64,000 bases of DNA from an uncultured Chloroflexia bacterium (GCA_963810285.1 CAWEMV010000002.1:2998633-3062632), one strand, 5' to 3'; shown: positions 40,499 through 51,666, numbered from the stretch's first letter. Program-made: numbers and translations. Notes: generated from the letters alone by a model not told the origin.

Positions 40499-41392
40499 AT
40501 GCGGATCGGCGTCACGCTCCCCCTCTCGGACGACGACACCCCGGACGGCCATACCCCGGCCTTCGGCGAGACCCTGGCGTTCGCGCGCGACGCGGAGGCG
40601 GCCGGCCTCGACTCGATCTGGGTCTTCGACCACCTGCTCTTCCGCTTCGGGGACCGACCCGAGAGCGGGCTCCAGGAGGCATGGACGACGCTGGCGGCGC
40701 TCGCACCGGTCGTGCCCCGTGTCGAGCTCGCGGCGCTCGTGATGTGCTCGTCGTTCCGGAACCCCGGGCTCATGGCCAAGATGGCCGCCACGCTCGACGC
40801 CGCGTCGGGCGGTCGCGTGCTGCTGGGGCTCGGGTCGGGGTGGCACGACCCGGAGTACGAGGCGTTCGGCTATCCCACGGATCATCGCGTCGGCCGGTTC
40901 GCGGAGGACCTCGAGGTCACGGCGCGGCTGCTCCGGGGCGAACGGGTCACGTTCGAGGGGCGGTGGCGCCGGCTCGATGACGCGGTCCTGCTCCCGCCAC
41001 CTGCCCGGCGCGTGCCGATCCTCGTCGCGGCGCGCCGCGAACGGATGCTGGACCTGACCGCTTCCTGGGCAGACGCCTGGAACACGGCATGGTTCGGGGC
41101 GGTCGACGACCGGCTGCGCGCGCACCTCGCCGGCCTCGAGGCGGCCTGCGAGACGGTGGGCCGCGACCCGGCGTCGATCCGACGGACGGTCGGCATCCGG
41201 CTCCATGACCCGGGCACGGGCCAGGACGACCCGACCGGGCTCGACGCCGACGCCGATGGTCTCGCGGCCCTGTTCGACGACCTCGCCGGCGTCGGGTTCG
41301 ACGACGCCATCGTGTGGTCGATCTCGAAGTCGGCGGCCGCGATCGAGCGGATCGCCACGGCTCGCCGGCGCCACCTCGGGCTGGCGGATTGA
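40499..41392 (+). CDS. LLM-class F420-dependent (luciferase-like) oxidoreductase
   Basis: Start taken at MRIGVTLPL. TIM-barrel LLM motifs (LDSIWVFDHLL, GRVLLGLGSGW). The ORF table shows an earlier possible start at 40445. Confidence 0.8.
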   Translation: MRIGVTLPLSDDDTPDGHTPAFGETLAFARDAEAAGLDSIWVFDHLLFRFGDRPESGLQEAWTTLAALAPVVPRVELAALVMCSSFRNPGLMAKMAATLDAASGGRVLLGLGSGWHDPEYEAFGYPTDHRVGRFAEDLEVTARLLRGERVTFEGRWRRLDDAVLLPPPARRVPILVAARRERMLDLTASWADAWNTAWFGAVDDRLRAHLAGLEAACETVGRDPASIRRTVGIRLHDPGTGQDDPTGLDADADGLAALFDDLAGVGFDDAIVWSISKSAAAIERIATARRRHLGLAD

Positions 41393-41420
41393 GCCGGTCC
41401 CGCTCGGCTACGATGCCGCG

Positions 41421-42602
41421 GTGAAGCTCCAGGAGGCCGACGCCAAGTCGCTGCTCGTCAAGGGGGACCTGCCGGTCCCGCCGTGGGCCGTCGCCACCAC
41501 CGCGGCCGAGGCGCGCGAGGCGGCGACAACGTTCCTCGCGGACGGTCCGGTCGGTGGCAAGGTCGTCATCAAGGCCCAGGTCCTGGTCGGCGGGCGCGGC
41601 AAGGCCGGCGGCGTGAAGCTGGCCGGGACGCCTGACGAGGCAGAGACGCTCGCGGCGCAGATCCTCGGCATGGACATCAAGGGCTTCACGGTCCGCAAGG
41701 TCCTCATCGGGCCGGCGGCGGAGATCGTCAAGGAGTTCTACCTCGCCGCGGTCCTCGACCGGGCCGAACGACGGATCCTGCTGATGGGCTCGGCCGAGGG
41801 CGGCGTCGAGATCGAGACGGTCGCCGAGGAGCACCCCGAGGCGATCCTCCGGGTACACGCCGACCCGGCCCTGGGCCTGCTCGACTTCCAGGCGCGCGAG
41901 ATGGCGTTCTCGCTGGGTCTCGGCGGACATCTCAAGGACGCCGTGCGGATCGCCAGGGGTCTCGTCGCCACGATGCGTGCGTACGACGCCGACCTCGTCG
42001 AGATCAACCCGCTGGCGATCGTCCGCGAGGGCGTGCCCGGCGGGACACCGGTCGAGCGGCTCGTCTGCCTCGACGCGAAGATCACCCTCGACGACTCCGC
42101 GCTCGACCGCCATCCCGGCCTCGAGGACCTGCGCGACCCGGACGAGGAAGCGCCCGAGGATCGGGCCGCCCGCGAGGCCGGCCTGACGTTCATCAAGCTC
42201 GACGGCACGATCGGCTGCATGGTCAACGGGGCCGGTCTGGCGATGACGACGATGGACCTCGTCAAGCGCGCCGGTGGCGAGCCGGCCAACTTCCTCGACA
42301 TCGGCGGCGGCGCGCGGCACGAGAAGGTCGAGGATGCGATGCGGCTCATCCTCGCCGACCCGAAGGTCGACGCGATCCTCGTGAACATCTTCGGTGGCAT
42401 CACCCGAGGCGACGAGGTCGCCCGCGGGCTCATCGAGGCCCGGAGCCAGCAGGCGCGCGAGGTCCCGATGGTCGTCAGGATCGTCGGCACGAACGCCGAG
42501 GAAGCGGCCGTGCTGCTCCGAGAGGCGTCGTTCGAGACGGCCCACTCGCTCGACGAGGCTGCGGCGAAGGCCGTGGCGGCGTCGAAGACGGCCCAGGGAT
42601 GA
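41421..42602 (+). CDS. sucC: succinate--CoA ligase (ADP-forming) subunit beta
   Basis: GTG start [20 protein letters not shown] inside ORF 41205..42602. ATP-grasp and CoA-ligase domains. The stop overlaps the sucD start. Confidence 0.9.
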   Translation: MKLQEADAKSLLVKGDLPVPPWAVATTAAEAREAATTFLADGPVGGKVVIKAQVLVGGRGKAGGVKLAGTPDEAETLAAQILGMDIKGFTVRKVLIGPAAEIVKEFYLAAVLDRAERRILLMGSAEGGVEIETVAEEHPEAILRVHADPALGLLDFQAREMAFSLGLGGHLKDAVRIARGLVATMRAYDADLVEINPLAIVREGVPGGTPVERLVCLDAKITLDDSALDRHPGLEDLRDPDEEAPEDRAAREAGLTFIKLDGTIGCMVNGAGLAMTTMDLVKRAGGEPANFLDIGGGARHEKVEDAMRLILADPKVDAILVNIFGGITRGDEVARGLIEARSQQAREVPMVVRIVGTNAEEAAVLLREASFETAHSLDEAAAKAVAASKTAQG

Positions 42603-43483
42603 GCATCCTCATCGGGCGTGACACGCGACTCGTCGTGCAGGGCATCACGGGTCGGGAGGGCGCGTTCCATGCCGGCGCGGCGCAGGCCTACGGCACGAAC
42701 GTCGTATCGGGCGTGACCCCCGGCAAGGGCGGGCAGACCGCGCTGGACGGCTCCGTGCCGGTGTTCGACACCGTCGAGGAGGCGGTCCGCGAGACCGAGG
42801 CCAATACCTCGCTGGTCTTCGTGCCCGCGGCCGGGGCCCCCGACGCCGTCATGGAGGCGGCGGCCGCGGGGATCGCCACGATCTTCTGCATCACCGAGGG
42901 GATCCCGGCGCTCGACATGATCCCGGTCGTCGAGTTCGTCCGATCCCGCGGCGCGCGACTCATCGGCCCGAACTGCCCGGGCGCGACGTCGCCGGGTCGG
43001 GCCAAGGTCGGCATCATCCCGGCCTCGATCCATCGAGAGGGTCGGGTCGGCGTCGTCAGCCGCTCCGGCACGCTGACGTACGAGGCCGTCCAGGCGATGA
43101 CCGATGCGGGTCTCGGCCAGTCGACGTGCGTCGGGATCGGCGGCGACCCGATCATCGGCACGACGTTCCTCGACGTCCTCCAGCTGTTCGATGCCGACGA
43201 CGAGACCGACGCGATCGTCCTCATCGGTGAGATCGGTGGCGCCGCCGAGGAGACCGCCGCGGCGTGGGCGGGTGCGCACCTGCGCGACGTCCCCAAGGCC
43301 GCGTTCATCGCCGGCCGGACGGCACCGGAGGGCAAGCGGATGGGTCACGCCGGCGCCATCATCTCCGGTGGCGCCGGCACGGCCGCGTCCAAGGTCGAGG
43401 CGCTCGAGGCGGCCGGGTTCCGCGTCGCCGGCTCCCCGACCGAGCTACCCGCCCTGCTCCGCGATGCCGGCTACACCGGCTGA
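42599..43483 (+). CDS. sucD: succinate--CoA ligase subunit alpha
   Basis: 294 aa. [21 protein letters not shown], and the phosphohistidine-region motif MGHAGAI. Confidence 0.95.
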   Translation: MSILIGRDTRLVVQGITGREGAFHAGAAQAYGTNVVSGVTPGKGGQTALDGSVPVFDTVEEAVRETEANTSLVFVPAAGAPDAVMEAAAAGIATIFCITEGIPALDMIPVVEFVRSRGARLIGPNCPGATSPGRAKVGIIPASIHREGRVGVVSRSGTLTYEAVQAMTDAGLGQSTCVGIGGDPIIGTTFLDVLQLFDADDETDAIVLIGEIGGAAEETAAAWAGAHLRDVPKAAFIAGRTAPEGKRMGHAGAIISGGAGTAASKVEALEAAGFRVAGSPTELPALLRDAGYTG

Positions 43484-43510
43484 GTCCGACCGGATCGAGG
43501 ACCGAACGCC

Positions 43511-43999
43511 GTGAGGACCGACGACATCCGCTTCCTGTTCTCCTACGATCGCTGGGCGACCGAGCGTGTCCTGGCCGCACTCGACGACGTCCAGGACGAG
43601 TTGTGGTCGGGGAGCACGGTCGTCGGCGAGCGCGGACTCGGGACGATCCTCATCCACCATCTGGGCGCCACGCAGCGCTGGCGGCACGCGATCCAGCAGG
43701 ACGGCGAGGCGCCGAGGCCCGAGGACGAGCCGCTGCTGTCGATCGATGAGCTGCGCCGTCGCTGGATCGCCGAGTGGGACGCCGTCGATGCGTGGCTGCC
43801 GACGCTCGACGACGGCTTCCTGGCCTACGTCCACGAGGGCGAGGCGATCTGGCAGATGCTCGCCCACGTCGTCAACCACGGCACGCAGCACCGCTCCGAG
43901 GCCGCGGTCCTCCTGACCGACGCCGGGCACTCCCCGGGCGATCTCGACATGATCGACTACGTCGAGATGGTGGCGACCGGCAAGGGCACCGAGGGGTAG
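43511..43999 (+). CDS. DinB-superfamily (DinB_2-like) protein
   Basis: 162 aa. The His-containing 4-helix motifs LIHHLGATQRW and VVNHGTQHRSEAAVLL match the DinB/YfiT family. Confidence 0.65.
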   Translation: MRTDDIRFLFSYDRWATERVLAALDDVQDELWSGSTVVGERGLGTILIHHLGATQRWRHAIQQDGEAPRPEDEPLLSIDELRRRWIAEWDAVDAWLPTLDDGFLAYVHEGEAIWQMLAHVVNHGTQHRSEAAVLLTDAGHSPGDLDMIDYVEMVATGKGTEG

Positions 44000-44007
44000 C
44001 CGGACCG

Positions 44008-44475
44008 ATGGGGACGCGGATGGAACTCATCGCCGGCCCCGCGCCGGAGATCATGGAGGTCGCCGGTGGCGACGATCGCCGCCTGCTGGCCGACGGCAGC
44101 CGGTTCCCGGCCTACCTGTCGCTGAGCGGCGGGATGGACCCGACCTGGCTCGACCTGTTCGCCGAGGCGGCCCGGGACGCTACCGAGCGCGACGTCCCGT
44201 CCGACTTCATCGATGCGCGCATCGAGCTCGGCCCGACCGTCGACGCCGGTCCGACGGTCGAACGCGTCGATCCCGGCTGGATCATGGCCGTCGCGGCCAT
44301 CCCGGACGTCGCGCTCGATGGCGTCGCCGGCCGCTGGATCGATCGCCTCGAGGAGGAGCTCGGCGCCCTGCCCCGGGAGGAGAAGCCGTGGATCCGCGAG
44401 CTGGTCGCGCGAATGGTCGGGTTCTGCCGGACCGCCGACCGGGCGCCCGACGTCGTGTTCGTGTGGGAGCTGTGA
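44008..44475 (+). CDS. hypothetical protein
   Basis: Forms the 3' part of ORF 43774..44475, from MGTRMELIAGP.... Acidic; no recognised motifs. The stop is 1 nt before the next ATG. Confidence 0.45.
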   Translation: MGTRMELIAGPAPEIMEVAGGDDRRLLADGSRFPAYLSLSGGMDPTWLDLFAEAARDATERDVPSDFIDARIELGPTVDAGPTVERVDPGWIMAVAAIPDVALDGVAGRWIDRLEEELGALPREEKPWIRELVARMVGFCRTADRAPDVVFVWEL

Positions 44476-44476
44476 G

Positions 44477-45316
44477 ATGACTGACCCGGTCGACCTCGAG
44501 GCGTCGTTCGCCTCCAACCAGCGCCTGTGGGACGCGTGGACGAAGCTGCACTCCGAGGGCGACTTCTACGACGTCGCGGGCTTCCGCGAGGGCGGCATCC
44601 GGGTGCAGCCCTACGAGATCGCGGCCCTCGGCGACGTGACCGGCAAGACGCTGCTCCACCTGCAGTGCCATTTCGGGCTCGACACGCTGTCGTGGGCGCG
44701 GCTCGGCGCGCAGGTCACCGGCGTCGACTTCTCGCCGGCTTCGATCGCATTCGCGCGCGAGCTGGCGGCCGACCTCGGGCTCGACGCGCGCTTCATCGAG
44801 TCGAACGTGTACCAGCTGCCGGTCCGTCTCGGGGACGAGTTCGACATCGTCTACACGTCGCGCGGCGTCCTCGGCTGGCTGCCCGACATCCGCGGCTGGG
44901 CACGGGTCGTCGCCCGGTTCGTCAAGCCCGGCGGCCGGTTCTACATCGCGGAGGTCCACCCGGTCTTCCAGGTCTTCGAGAACGAGGGCGTCCAGCCAGG
45001 CGAGCTGCGGCTGCAGTACCCCTACTGGGAGCATGGGAGCCCGCTCATCTTCGACGTGCACGGCTCGTACGCCGACCCGACGGCCGACCTCGGGGAGGAG
45101 CACAAGGAGCACGGCTGGGACCACGGGCTGGGCGAGATCGTGAACGCCCTGATCGACGCCGGCCTGCGTATCGACCGGCTCGAGGAGCACCCGTTCCTCG
45201 AGTGGGCCGCCGATCTCCTCGTCGAGCGCGAGGCGGGCGCGGGCGTCTACGTCCTGCCCGAGGGACCCGGCGAGCTGCCGCTGATGTTCTCGGTGTTGGC
45301 CTCGAAACCGGCCTGA
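44477..45316 (+). CDS. class I SAM-dependent methyltransferase
   Basis: Starts at MTDPVDLEAS. Methyltransferase motif I (LLHLQCHFGLDTLSWA) and post-I acidic residue (VTGVDFS). Confidence 0.8.
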   Translation: MTDPVDLEASFASNQRLWDAWTKLHSEGDFYDVAGFREGGIRVQPYEIAALGDVTGKTLLHLQCHFGLDTLSWARLGAQVTGVDFSPASIAFARELAADLGLDARFIESNVYQLPVRLGDEFDIVYTSRGVLGWLPDIRGWARVVARFVKPGGRFYIAEVHPVFQVFENEGVQPGELRLQYPYWEHGSPLIFDVHGSYADPTADLGEEHKEHGWDHGLGEIVNALIDAGLRIDRLEEHPFLEWAADLLVEREAGAGVYVLPEGPGELPLMFSVLASKPA

Positions 45317-45331
45317 CCGCCGACCGGCGAC

Positions 45332-46222
45332 CTATGTCGCCGGCATCCCGAGCGCCCGCCAGGCGGGCCCGCCGGGCGCCTCGATGAGCTCGACCAGCAC
45401 CCCGTTGCACGAGCGCGGGTGGATGAACGCGACCGGCCCCTCGGCACCGCGCCGTGGCGCCGTGTCGATGAGCTCGAGCCCGTCGAGCTCGAGGCGGATG
45501 AGCGCCTCCGCGAGATTGCCGACCTCGAAGCAGACGTGGTGGAAGCCCTCGCCCTTGGCGGCCAGGAACCGGGCCACCCCGGTGGTGTCGTCCGTCGGTT
45601 GCACGAGCTCGATCTTCGATTCGCCGACCGCGAGGAACGCGATCCGTACCTGGTCAGAGGCGATGTCCATGATCGTCTCGAGCTCGAGGCCGAGCATGTC
45701 GCGCCACAGCCCGAGCGCCGCCTCGAGGGACAGGACGACGACCGCGACGTGGTGGATCCGGCCGATATGGCGGATGGCCGGCGGGACAGCGCGCTCTGGC
45801 GTCGCCGACCTCGACGGCGTCCCGGCGACGACCACGAGCGGGCCGTCGCCAGACCGTGCCCGGGCGGCCGCGGCGGACTGGACGATCGCCCGGAAGGTGC
45901 CCGCATCGGCCGCGTCGAGGCGGCCGGGATCCGTCCACGCGATGAGGATGCCACCCGACATCGCCGGTTCCGGATGCGCCAGCAGCTCCTCGAGCGCATC
46001 CCAGTTCCGACCTGCCCAGCCGGGAAAGGCGAGCTCCGCGGCCAGCGACTCCAGGAGCGCCCGCCTAGCTGCGGGCCCGGCGAGGTGGGCGAACCGCGCC
46101 CCGTGCTCGTTGGCCAGGCCGGCCAGCGCGAATACGTCGAGGCTCCCGCCGACATCGACCAGCCCGCCCCCGCCCTCGGGGGCGAGCCGCGCGCGCAGGT
46201 CGGCAGTCAGCGTTCGATCCAT
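45332..46222 (-). CDS. fusion protein: N-terminal barstar-like domain + C-terminal methylmalonyl-CoA epimerase (VOC/glyoxalase fold)
   Basis: Starts at MDRTLTADL, 1 nt after the mutase stop. Residues 1-140 carry the barstar signature FPGWAGRNWDALEELL. Residues 160-296 (IRHIGRIHHVAVVV...GFHHVCFEVGNLAEA...FIHPRS..GVLVELIE) form a methylmalonyl-CoA epimerase. There is no stop and no start codon between the two domains. Confidence 0.7.
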   Translation of the reverse strand: MDRTLTADLRARLAPEGGGGLVDVGGSLDVFALAGLANEHGARFAHLAGPAARRALLESLAAELAFPGWAGRNWDALEELLAHPEPAMSGGILIAWTDPGRLDAADAGTFRAIVQSAAAARARSGDGPLVVVAGTPSRSATPERAVPPAIRHIGRIHHVAVVVLSLEAALGLWRDMLGLELETIMDIASDQVRIAFLAVGESKIELVQPTDDTTGVARFLAAKGEGFHHVCFEVGNLAEALIRLELDGLELIDTAPRRGAEGPVAFIHPRSCNGVLVELIEAPGGPAWRALGMPAT

Positions 46223-46223
46223 C

Positions 46224-47927
46224 TCAGACCGTGATGAGCTCGCGGTGCTCGCCCCACGCGACCCGGAGGCGATCGCTGATCTCGCCCACGGTCGCATATG
46301 CCCGGACCGCGTCGAGGATCGCCGGCATGAGGTTGCCGTCCGCTCGCGCGATCCGTTCGAGCTCGTCCATCGCTGCGGCCCATGCCTCGGCCGATCGCTC
46401 GGCCCGGACCCGACCGACCCGCTCGATCTGGCGGCGCTCGCCCTCGGGGTCGATGCGGTGGACCGGTGGCGTCGCGACCTCGTCGTCGGTGAAGCGGTTG
46501 ACCCCGACGACGACCTGGTCGCCGGTGTCGATCGCCCGCTGGACGCGGTAGGCGGACTCCTGGATCTCGCGCTGCTGGAACCCACGCTCGATGGCGACCA
46601 GCGTTCCGCCCATCGACTCGATCTCGTCGAGGTATGCCCAGGCGGCCGCCTCGAGCTCGTTCGTCAGGCTCTCGACGTAGTAGGAGCCCGCGAGCGGGTC
46701 GGGCGTCTCGGTGACACCGGCCTCGTAGGCCAGGATCTGCTGGGTGCGGAGCGCGAGCCTGGCCGCATCCTCGGTCGGCAGCGCGAGGGCCTCGTCGCGC
46801 GAGTTCGTGTGCAGGCTCTGGGCGCCACCGAGGATCGCGGCCAGGGCCTGGACCGTGGTGCGGACGACGTTGTTGTCGATCGACTGGGCGGTCAGCGACG
46901 ACCCGGCGGTCTGCACGTGGAAGCGGCACAGCAACGAGCGCGGGTCCTTCGCCCCGAACCGCTCGCGCATGATCGTGGCCCACATCCGACGGGCCACGCG
47001 GAACTTCGCCACCTCCTCGAACAGCTCCGACCAGGCGGCGAAGAAGAACGACAGGCGGCCGGCGAACTGGTCGACGTCGAGACCCCGCTCGACGGCGGCG
47101 TCGACGTAGGCGATCGCGTCGGCCAGCGTGAAGGCCAGCTCCTGGGCCGCGGTCGCCCCGGCCTCGCGCATGTGGTAGCCCGAGATCGAGATCGTGTTCC
47201 ACTTCGGCAGCTCCCGCGCGCAGAACTCGAAGACGTCGGTCACGAGCCGCATCGACGGGCGGGGCGGGAAGATGTACGTGCCCCGGGCGATGTACTCCTT
47301 GAGGATGTCGTTCTGCGTCGTGCCACCGATCCTTGCCCGCTCGACACCCTGCGCCTCGGCGGCCGCGACATACAGGGCCAGCAGGATCGGCGCCGTGGCG
47401 TTGATCGTCATCGACGTGCTGACGTCGCCGAGCGGCAGACCGTCGACCAGGACCGCCATGTCGGCCAGGCTGCTGATCGGGACGCCGACCCGCCCGACCT
47501 CGCCCGCCGCGGCCGGCGCATCGGAGTCGTAGCCCATCTGGGTCGGCAGGTCGAACGCCACCGACAGCCCGGTCTGGCCATGGTCGAGCAGGTAGCGGAA
47601 GCGCCGGTTGGTCTCCTCGGCGGTCGCGAAGCCGGCGTACTGGCGCATCGTCCAGAAGCGGCTTCGGTACATCGTCGGCTGGACGCCCCGGGTGTACGGG
47701 AACTCCCCAGGTCGCCCGAGGTCACGCTCCTCGTCGAGGTCGGCGGTATCGGCCGCCGTGTACAGGTCTCGCACCTCGATCCCCGACGACGTCTCGAAGC
47801 GCTCGCGCCGCTCGGCCGCACCGGCCAGCGCCTTGGCCCGAAGCGTCGCCCGCCAACGGTCGCGCGCCGGGTCGACGCCCTCCCCGGTCGGTCGTTCGCG
47901 CTCCCTCGATCCGTCGCCGAGGCTCAT
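46224..47927 (-). CDS. methylmalonyl-CoA mutase, catalytic (N-terminal TIM-barrel) subunit without B12-binding domain
   Basis: Forms the 3' part of ORF 46224..48497. Starts at an ATG overlapping the BCCP stop: [13 protein letters not shown].... MCM substrate-domain motifs ([55 protein letters not shown]). Ends ...GEHRELITV before any Rossmann or B12 domain. Confidence 0.85.
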   Translation of the reverse strand: MSLGDGSRERERPTGEGVDPARDRWRATLRAKALAGAAERRERFETSSGIEVRDLYTAADTADLDEERDLGRPGEFPYTRGVQPTMYRSRFWTMRQYAGFATAEETNRRFRYLLDHGQTGLSVAFDLPTQMGYDSDAPAAAGEVGRVGVPISSLADMAVLVDGLPLGDVSTSMTINATAPILLALYVAAAEAQGVERARIGGTTQNDILKEYIARGTYIFPPRPSMRLVTDVFEFCARELPKWNTISISGYHMREAGATAAQELAFTLADAIAYVDAAVERGLDVDQFAGRLSFFFAAWSELFEEVAKFRVARRMWATIMRERFGAKDPRSLLCRFHVQTAGSSLTAQSIDNNVVRTTVQALAAILGGAQSLHTNSRDEALALPTEDAARLALRTQQILAYEAGVTETPDPLAGSYYVESLTNELEAAAWAYLDEIESMGGTLVAIERGFQQREIQESAYRVQRAIDTGDQVVVGVNRFTDDEVATPPVHRIDPEGERRQIERVGRVRAERSAEAWAAAMDELERIARADGNLMPAILDAVRAYATVGEISDRLRVAWGEHRELITV

Positions 47928-48403
47928 GGGCCTGCCTCGAGCACGACGAGCACGTCGCCGAGCTCGACGGTCGCGCCGGCGCTGGCCGGGACCCTCCCGA
48001 CGATCCCCGACCGCGGCGCCCGCAGCTCGTTCTGCATCTTCATCGCCTCCACGGCCAGGAGGGTCTGGCCCGCCTCGACGTGATCGCCTGCGACCACCGC
48101 GACCGACGCGACCCTGCCCGGGATGATGGCACGGATCTCGAGCGGGCCACCAGCCCCCGCGACGATCCCGGGGTCGCGCGAAGCCCGCTCGCGGAGCGCG
48201 GCGCGCGCCTCGTCCTCGACGTGGAGCACGAAGCGCCAGCCGTCGACGACCACCTCGACCTCCCGGCGACCCGCGGTGTCGGCGGGACCCGGCTCGCTGG
48301 TCCGGATCGCGTGGCCGGGCGGGATCGGGGTGTCGTCGGCGATGGTCCACGGACCCTCGTCCGGTGGACCCGTGATGGTCGCCGGCGTGATGCGCGTGAT
48401 CAT
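47924..48403 (-). CDS. biotin carboxyl carrier protein (biotinyl domain) of acyl-CoA carboxylase
   Basis: 159 aa. The start ATG overlaps the stop of the biotin carboxylase gene (ATGA). C-terminal EAMKMQNE biotinylation motif. Confidence 0.85.
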   Translation of the reverse strand: MITRITPATITGPPDEGPWTIADDTPIPPGHAIRTSEPGPADTAGRREVEVVVDGWRFVLHVEDEARAALRERASRDPGIVAGAGGPLEIRAIIPGRVASVAVVAGDHVEAGQTLLAVEAMKMQNELRAPRSGIVGRVPASAGATVELGDVLVVLEAGP

Positions 48404-50016
48404 CGCGGCCAGCGGTCCGTCTGGGTCCGACGACCCGCGTCCCGCCAGGGCGCCGGCTGCGTGTCTTTGCGCAAAGACGCCCCGGGGACGTGGGCACCAG
48501 GCGCCGAGGAGTGCACTACGGATGCGGATGCGGCAGCGACGACCGCGACCTCGGCTGCCCGCGCGCGATCCGCCGCACCGTCCCAGCGCTCGACCACCCA
48601 GTCGGTCGAGAGCGACGCGCCGGTCGCGTCGGCGAAGGCTGCGTCGCGGACGAGAGCCCGGTCGAATGGCAGCGTCGTCTGGACCCCGGTCACGACGACC
48701 TCGTCGAGGGCCCGGCGGAGCCGTCGGAGCGCCGAGCGGCGGTCGCGGCCGACCGCCATCACCTTCGCGATCATCGGGTCGTAGTCGGGCGGGATCCGAT
48801 CGCCCGAGCGGATCGCGGTATCCACCCGAACGCCGGGGCCGGCCGGCATCGACCACTCCCCCACTCGACCCGGGACCGGCGCGAACGCACGGGCCGGATC
48901 CTCGGCCGCGATCCTGACCTCGATCGAATGCCGGGTCGGCTCTGCCGTCGATGCGGCGACCGCGCGGACGTCCTCGGACAGCGGCGCGCCGGCCGCGATC
49001 CACAGCTGCTCCGCGACGAGGTCGAGATCGGTCACGAGCTCGGTCACGCCGTGCTCGACCTGGAGCCGGGCGTTGACCTCGAGGAACCAGAACCGGCGAT
49101 CGGCGTCGAACAGGAACTCGGCGGTGTTCGCGTTGTGCAGCCCGGCCGCCACCGCCGCGCGGACCGCCATGTCGTGGAGCGTCGATCGCTCGGCACTGGT
49201 CAGGCCGGGCGCAGGTGTCTCCTCGACCAGCTTCTGGTGGCGCCGCTGGATCGAGCAGTCGCGCTCCCCGAGAGCGACGACGGAGCCATGGGCATCACCC
49301 AGCAGCTGGACCTCGATGTGCCGGGCCGGTCGGATCTCGCGTTCCAGGTAGACCGCCCCGTCGCCGAAGGCCGCCTGCGCCTCGGACGATGCAGCGGCCA
49401 GCGCACCCGGCAGCTCCGAGCTGGACCCGACCCGTCGCATCCCGCGGCCACCGCCGCCGGCGGCCGCCTTGACCAGCAGCGGAAACCCGATCCGCTCCGC
49501 CGCTGCGACGATGCCGTCCACGGCGTCGGGTCGGTCGATCGGCGCCGGCTCGAACGTGCCGGGCACGACGGGCACGTCGGCCGCCATCGCCGTCCGCCGC
49601 GCTGCCAGCTTGTCGCCGAGTGCCTCGATGGCCTCCGCCCGCGGGCCGATGAAGACCAGGCCGGCCGCGGTCACGGCGGCGGCGAACGACGATCGCTCGG
49701 ACAGGAAGCCGTAGCCCGGATGGATCGCCTCGGCGCCGTTCGCCTTGGCCGCCTCGATGATCGCGTCGGCACGCAGGTAGCTTTCCCCCGCCGGCGCCGG
49801 CCCGATCCGAACCGCGGCATCGGCGGCCGCGACGTGGGCGGCCTCGACATCGGCATCGGAGTAGACGGCGACAGTCTCGACGCCGAGGTCGCGGCAGGTT
49901 CGGATGATCCGCAGCGCGATCTCGCCGCGGTTGGCGATGAGGATCCTGGAGAACGGGCGGTCCCGGTCGACGTCGCGTACGGCGGGTCGGGCGGCTGGGC
50001 GAGCCACCCCCGTCAC
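48400..50016 (-). CDS. acyl-CoA (acetyl/propionyl-CoA) carboxylase biotin carboxylase subunit, without BCCP domain
   Basis: GTG start overlapping the pccB stop (GTGA) in the frame of ORF 48400..50109. [22 protein letters not shown], the ATP-grasp domain, and the biotin carboxylase C-terminal domain. The start is approximate. Confidence 0.85.
   Translation of the reverse strand: MTGVARPAARPAVRDVDRDRPFSRILIANRGEIALRIIRTCRDLGVETVAVYSDADVEAAHVAAADAAVRIGPAPAGESYLRADAIIEAAKANGAEAIHPGYGFLSERSSFAAAVTAAGLVFIGPRAEAIEALGDKLAARRTAMAADVPVVPGTFEPAPIDRPDAVDGIVAAAERIGFPLLVKAAAGGGGRGMRRVGSSSELPGALAAASSEAQAAFGDGAVYLEREIRPARHIEVQLLGDAHGSVVALGERDCSIQRRHQKLVEETPAPGLTSAERSTLHDMAVRAAVAAGLHNANTAEFLFDADRRFWFLEVNARLQVEHGVTELVTDLDLVAEQLWIAAGAPLSEDVRAVAASTAEPTRHSIEVRIAAEDPARAFAPVPGRVGEWSMPAGPGVRVDTAIRSGDRIPPDYDPMIAKVMAVGRDRRSALRRLRRALDEVVVTGVQTTLPFDRALVRDAAFADATGASLSTDWVVERWDGAADRARAAEVAVVAAASASVVHSSAPGAHVPGASLRKDTQPAPWRDAGRRTQTDRWPR
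48461..48480. other. palindrome GTGTCTTTGCGCAAAGACGC (perfect 16-bp core GTCTTTGCGCAAAGAC): candidate parS-like site, copy 1
   Basis: Lies inside the biotin carboxylase CDS. Near-identical copies occur at about 51584 and 53071. See findings. Confidence 0.45.
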
Positions 50017-51596
50017 AGCGGGATGTTGCCGTGCTTCTTCGGCGGGTTCGTGTCCCGCTTGTCGGCGAGCATCTCCAACGCAGCGATGAGCCGCGGCCGC
50101 GTCTCGCACGGATGGATCACGTCGTCGACATACCCGCGCGCCGCGGCCACGTACGGGTTGGCGAACCGCTCCTCGTAGTCGGCTACGAGGCGAGCCCGTT
50201 CCGCCGCCGGATCCTCGGCCGCGGCGATCTCGTCACGGTTGAGGATGTTCACCGCTCCCTCGGCGCCCATCACCGCGATCTCGGCCGTCGGCCACGCGAG
50301 ATTGATGTCGCCGCGGACGTGCTTGCTCGACATGACGTCATAGGCCCCGCCGTACGCCTTGCGGGTGATGACGGTCAGCTTCGGGACGGTCGCCTCGCAG
50401 TAGGCGAACAACAGCTTCGCCCCGTGCCGGATGATCCCGCCGTGCTCCTGCCCGACGCCCGGCAGGAACCCCGGCACGTCGACGAGGGTGACCAGCGGCA
50501 CGTTGAAGCAGTCACATGTGCGCACGAACCGGGCGGCCTTGGTCGACGCCTCGATGTCGAGGGCACCGGCCAGGACCGCCGGCTGTTGCGCGACGATGCC
50601 GACGCTCCGTCCACCGAGCCGGGCGAAGCCGACGATGATGTTCTGGGCCCAGCCCGGCTGGATCTCGAGGAACGCGCCGTCGTCGACGACCCGCTCGATG
50701 ACCCCATGCATGTCATACGGCTTCGACGGGTCGTCGGGGACGATCGAGTCGAGCGCCTCGTCGCGCCGGTCGGGTGGATCCGTGCTCTCGGCCAGCGGCG
50801 CATCGGTGAGGTTGTTCTGCGGGAGCTGGCCCAGCAGTCGACGCGTCGCGGCGAGCGCTTCGGCCTCGTCGCGTGCCGCGAGGTGCGCGACGCCGCTGCG
50901 CGTCGTGTGCGTGATCGCTCCGCCGAGGGTCTCGGCGTCGACCTCTTCGTGGGTCACGGCCTTCACGACGTTCGGGCCGGTCACGAACATGTAGCTCGTC
51001 CCCTCGACCATGACGGTGAAGTCCGTGATGGCCGGCGAGTAGACCGCTCCCCCGGCGCAGGGTCCGAGGATGACCGACAGCTGCGGGACGACGCCGGACG
51101 CCAGGGTATTGCGCAGGAAGATGTCGGCATAGCCCCCGAGCGAGACGACTCCTTCCTGGATCCGCGCGCCACCCGAGTCGTTGAGCCCGATGATCGGTGC
51201 GCCGACGTTCATCGCCAGGTCCATGACCTTGCAGATCTTCGCGGCATAGGCTTCCGACAGCGACCCGCCGAAGACGGTGAAGTCCTGGCTGAAGACGAAC
51301 ACCAGTCGACCGTCGATCGTCCCGTGCCCGGTCACGACGCCGTCACCGAGCACCGGGTTCTCGAGGGCGGAGTTTCGATTGGTGACGAACGCATCGAGCT
51401 CGATGAACGACCCGGCGTCGAGCAACAGCTCCAATCGTTCGCGCGCCGTCAGTTTTCCGCGCGCATGCTGTTGATCGATGCGCTCCTGGCCGCCACCGAG
51501 ATTCGCCTGCTCGCGCATCGCATCAAGACGCGCCAATCGCTGCTCATTCGTCGACAACGCCCACGACCTCCCAAGAATCGGGCTGTCTTTGTGCAA
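50013..51596 (-). CDS. pccB: acyl-CoA carboxylase carboxyltransferase (beta) subunit, propionyl-CoA carboxylase type
   Basis: 527 aa. Both CT subdomains ([34 protein letters not shown] ... GGAYDVM). Start codon as in the ORF table. Confidence 0.92.
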   Translation of the reverse strand: MHKDSPILGRSWALSTNEQRLARLDAMREQANLGGGQERIDQQHARGKLTARERLELLLDAGSFIELDAFVTNRNSALENPVLGDGVVTGHGTIDGRLVFVFSQDFTVFGGSLSEAYAAKICKVMDLAMNVGAPIIGLNDSGGARIQEGVVSLGGYADIFLRNTLASGVVPQLSVILGPCAGGAVYSPAITDFTVMVEGTSYMFVTGPNVVKAVTHEEVDAETLGGAITHTTRSGVAHLAARDEAEALAATRRLLGQLPQNNLTDAPLAESTDPPDRRDEALDSIVPDDPSKPYDMHGVIERVVDDGAFLEIQPGWAQNIIVGFARLGGRSVGIVAQQPAVLAGALDIEASTKAARFVRTCDCFNVPLVTLVDVPGFLPGVGQEHGGIIRHGAKLLFAYCEATVPKLTVITRKAYGGAYDVMSSKHVRGDINLAWPTAEIAVMGAEGAVNILNRDEIAAAEDPAAERARLVADYEERFANPYVAAARGYVDDVIHPCETRPRLIAALEMLADKRDTNPPKKHGNIPL

Positions 51597-51603
51597 GGAC
51601 AGC
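51584..51603. other. palindrome CTGTCTTTGTGCAAGGACAG: candidate parS-like site, copy 2
   Basis: Lies in the pccB / parA divergent intergenic region, overlapping the pccB start. Same core as copies 1 and 3 with two half-site mismatches. Confidence 0.4.
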
Positions 51604-51623
51604 CGCCATCATACGGTCCCAGT

Positions 51624-51666
51624 TATCCACCGAAATGGTGAACAACTCGCGATGCGTGTGGATAAC
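51624..51666. promoter_or_regulatory. two inverted DnaA boxes (TTATCCACC forward, TTATCCACA reverse) 25 bp apart
   Basis: The motifs lie at about 51624-51632 and about 51658-51666 in a locally AT-richer stretch. They are about 95-135 bp upstream of parA. Confidence 0.5.

Noticed and set aside
45332-46222. Reading the barstar-epimerase ORF as two genes
   Set aside because: There is no stop codon between the domains. There is also no ATG/GTG/TTG in the 20 codons preceding the epimerase core (…PERAVPPAIRHIGRIHHV). A single fused product is therefore called, pending read-level verification.
48400-49003. Frameshift between biotin carboxylase and BCCP domains
   Set aside because: The frame change coincides exactly with an ATGA stop/start overlap and a clean BCCP N-terminus (MITRITP...). 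These are two coupled genes, not a disrupted one.
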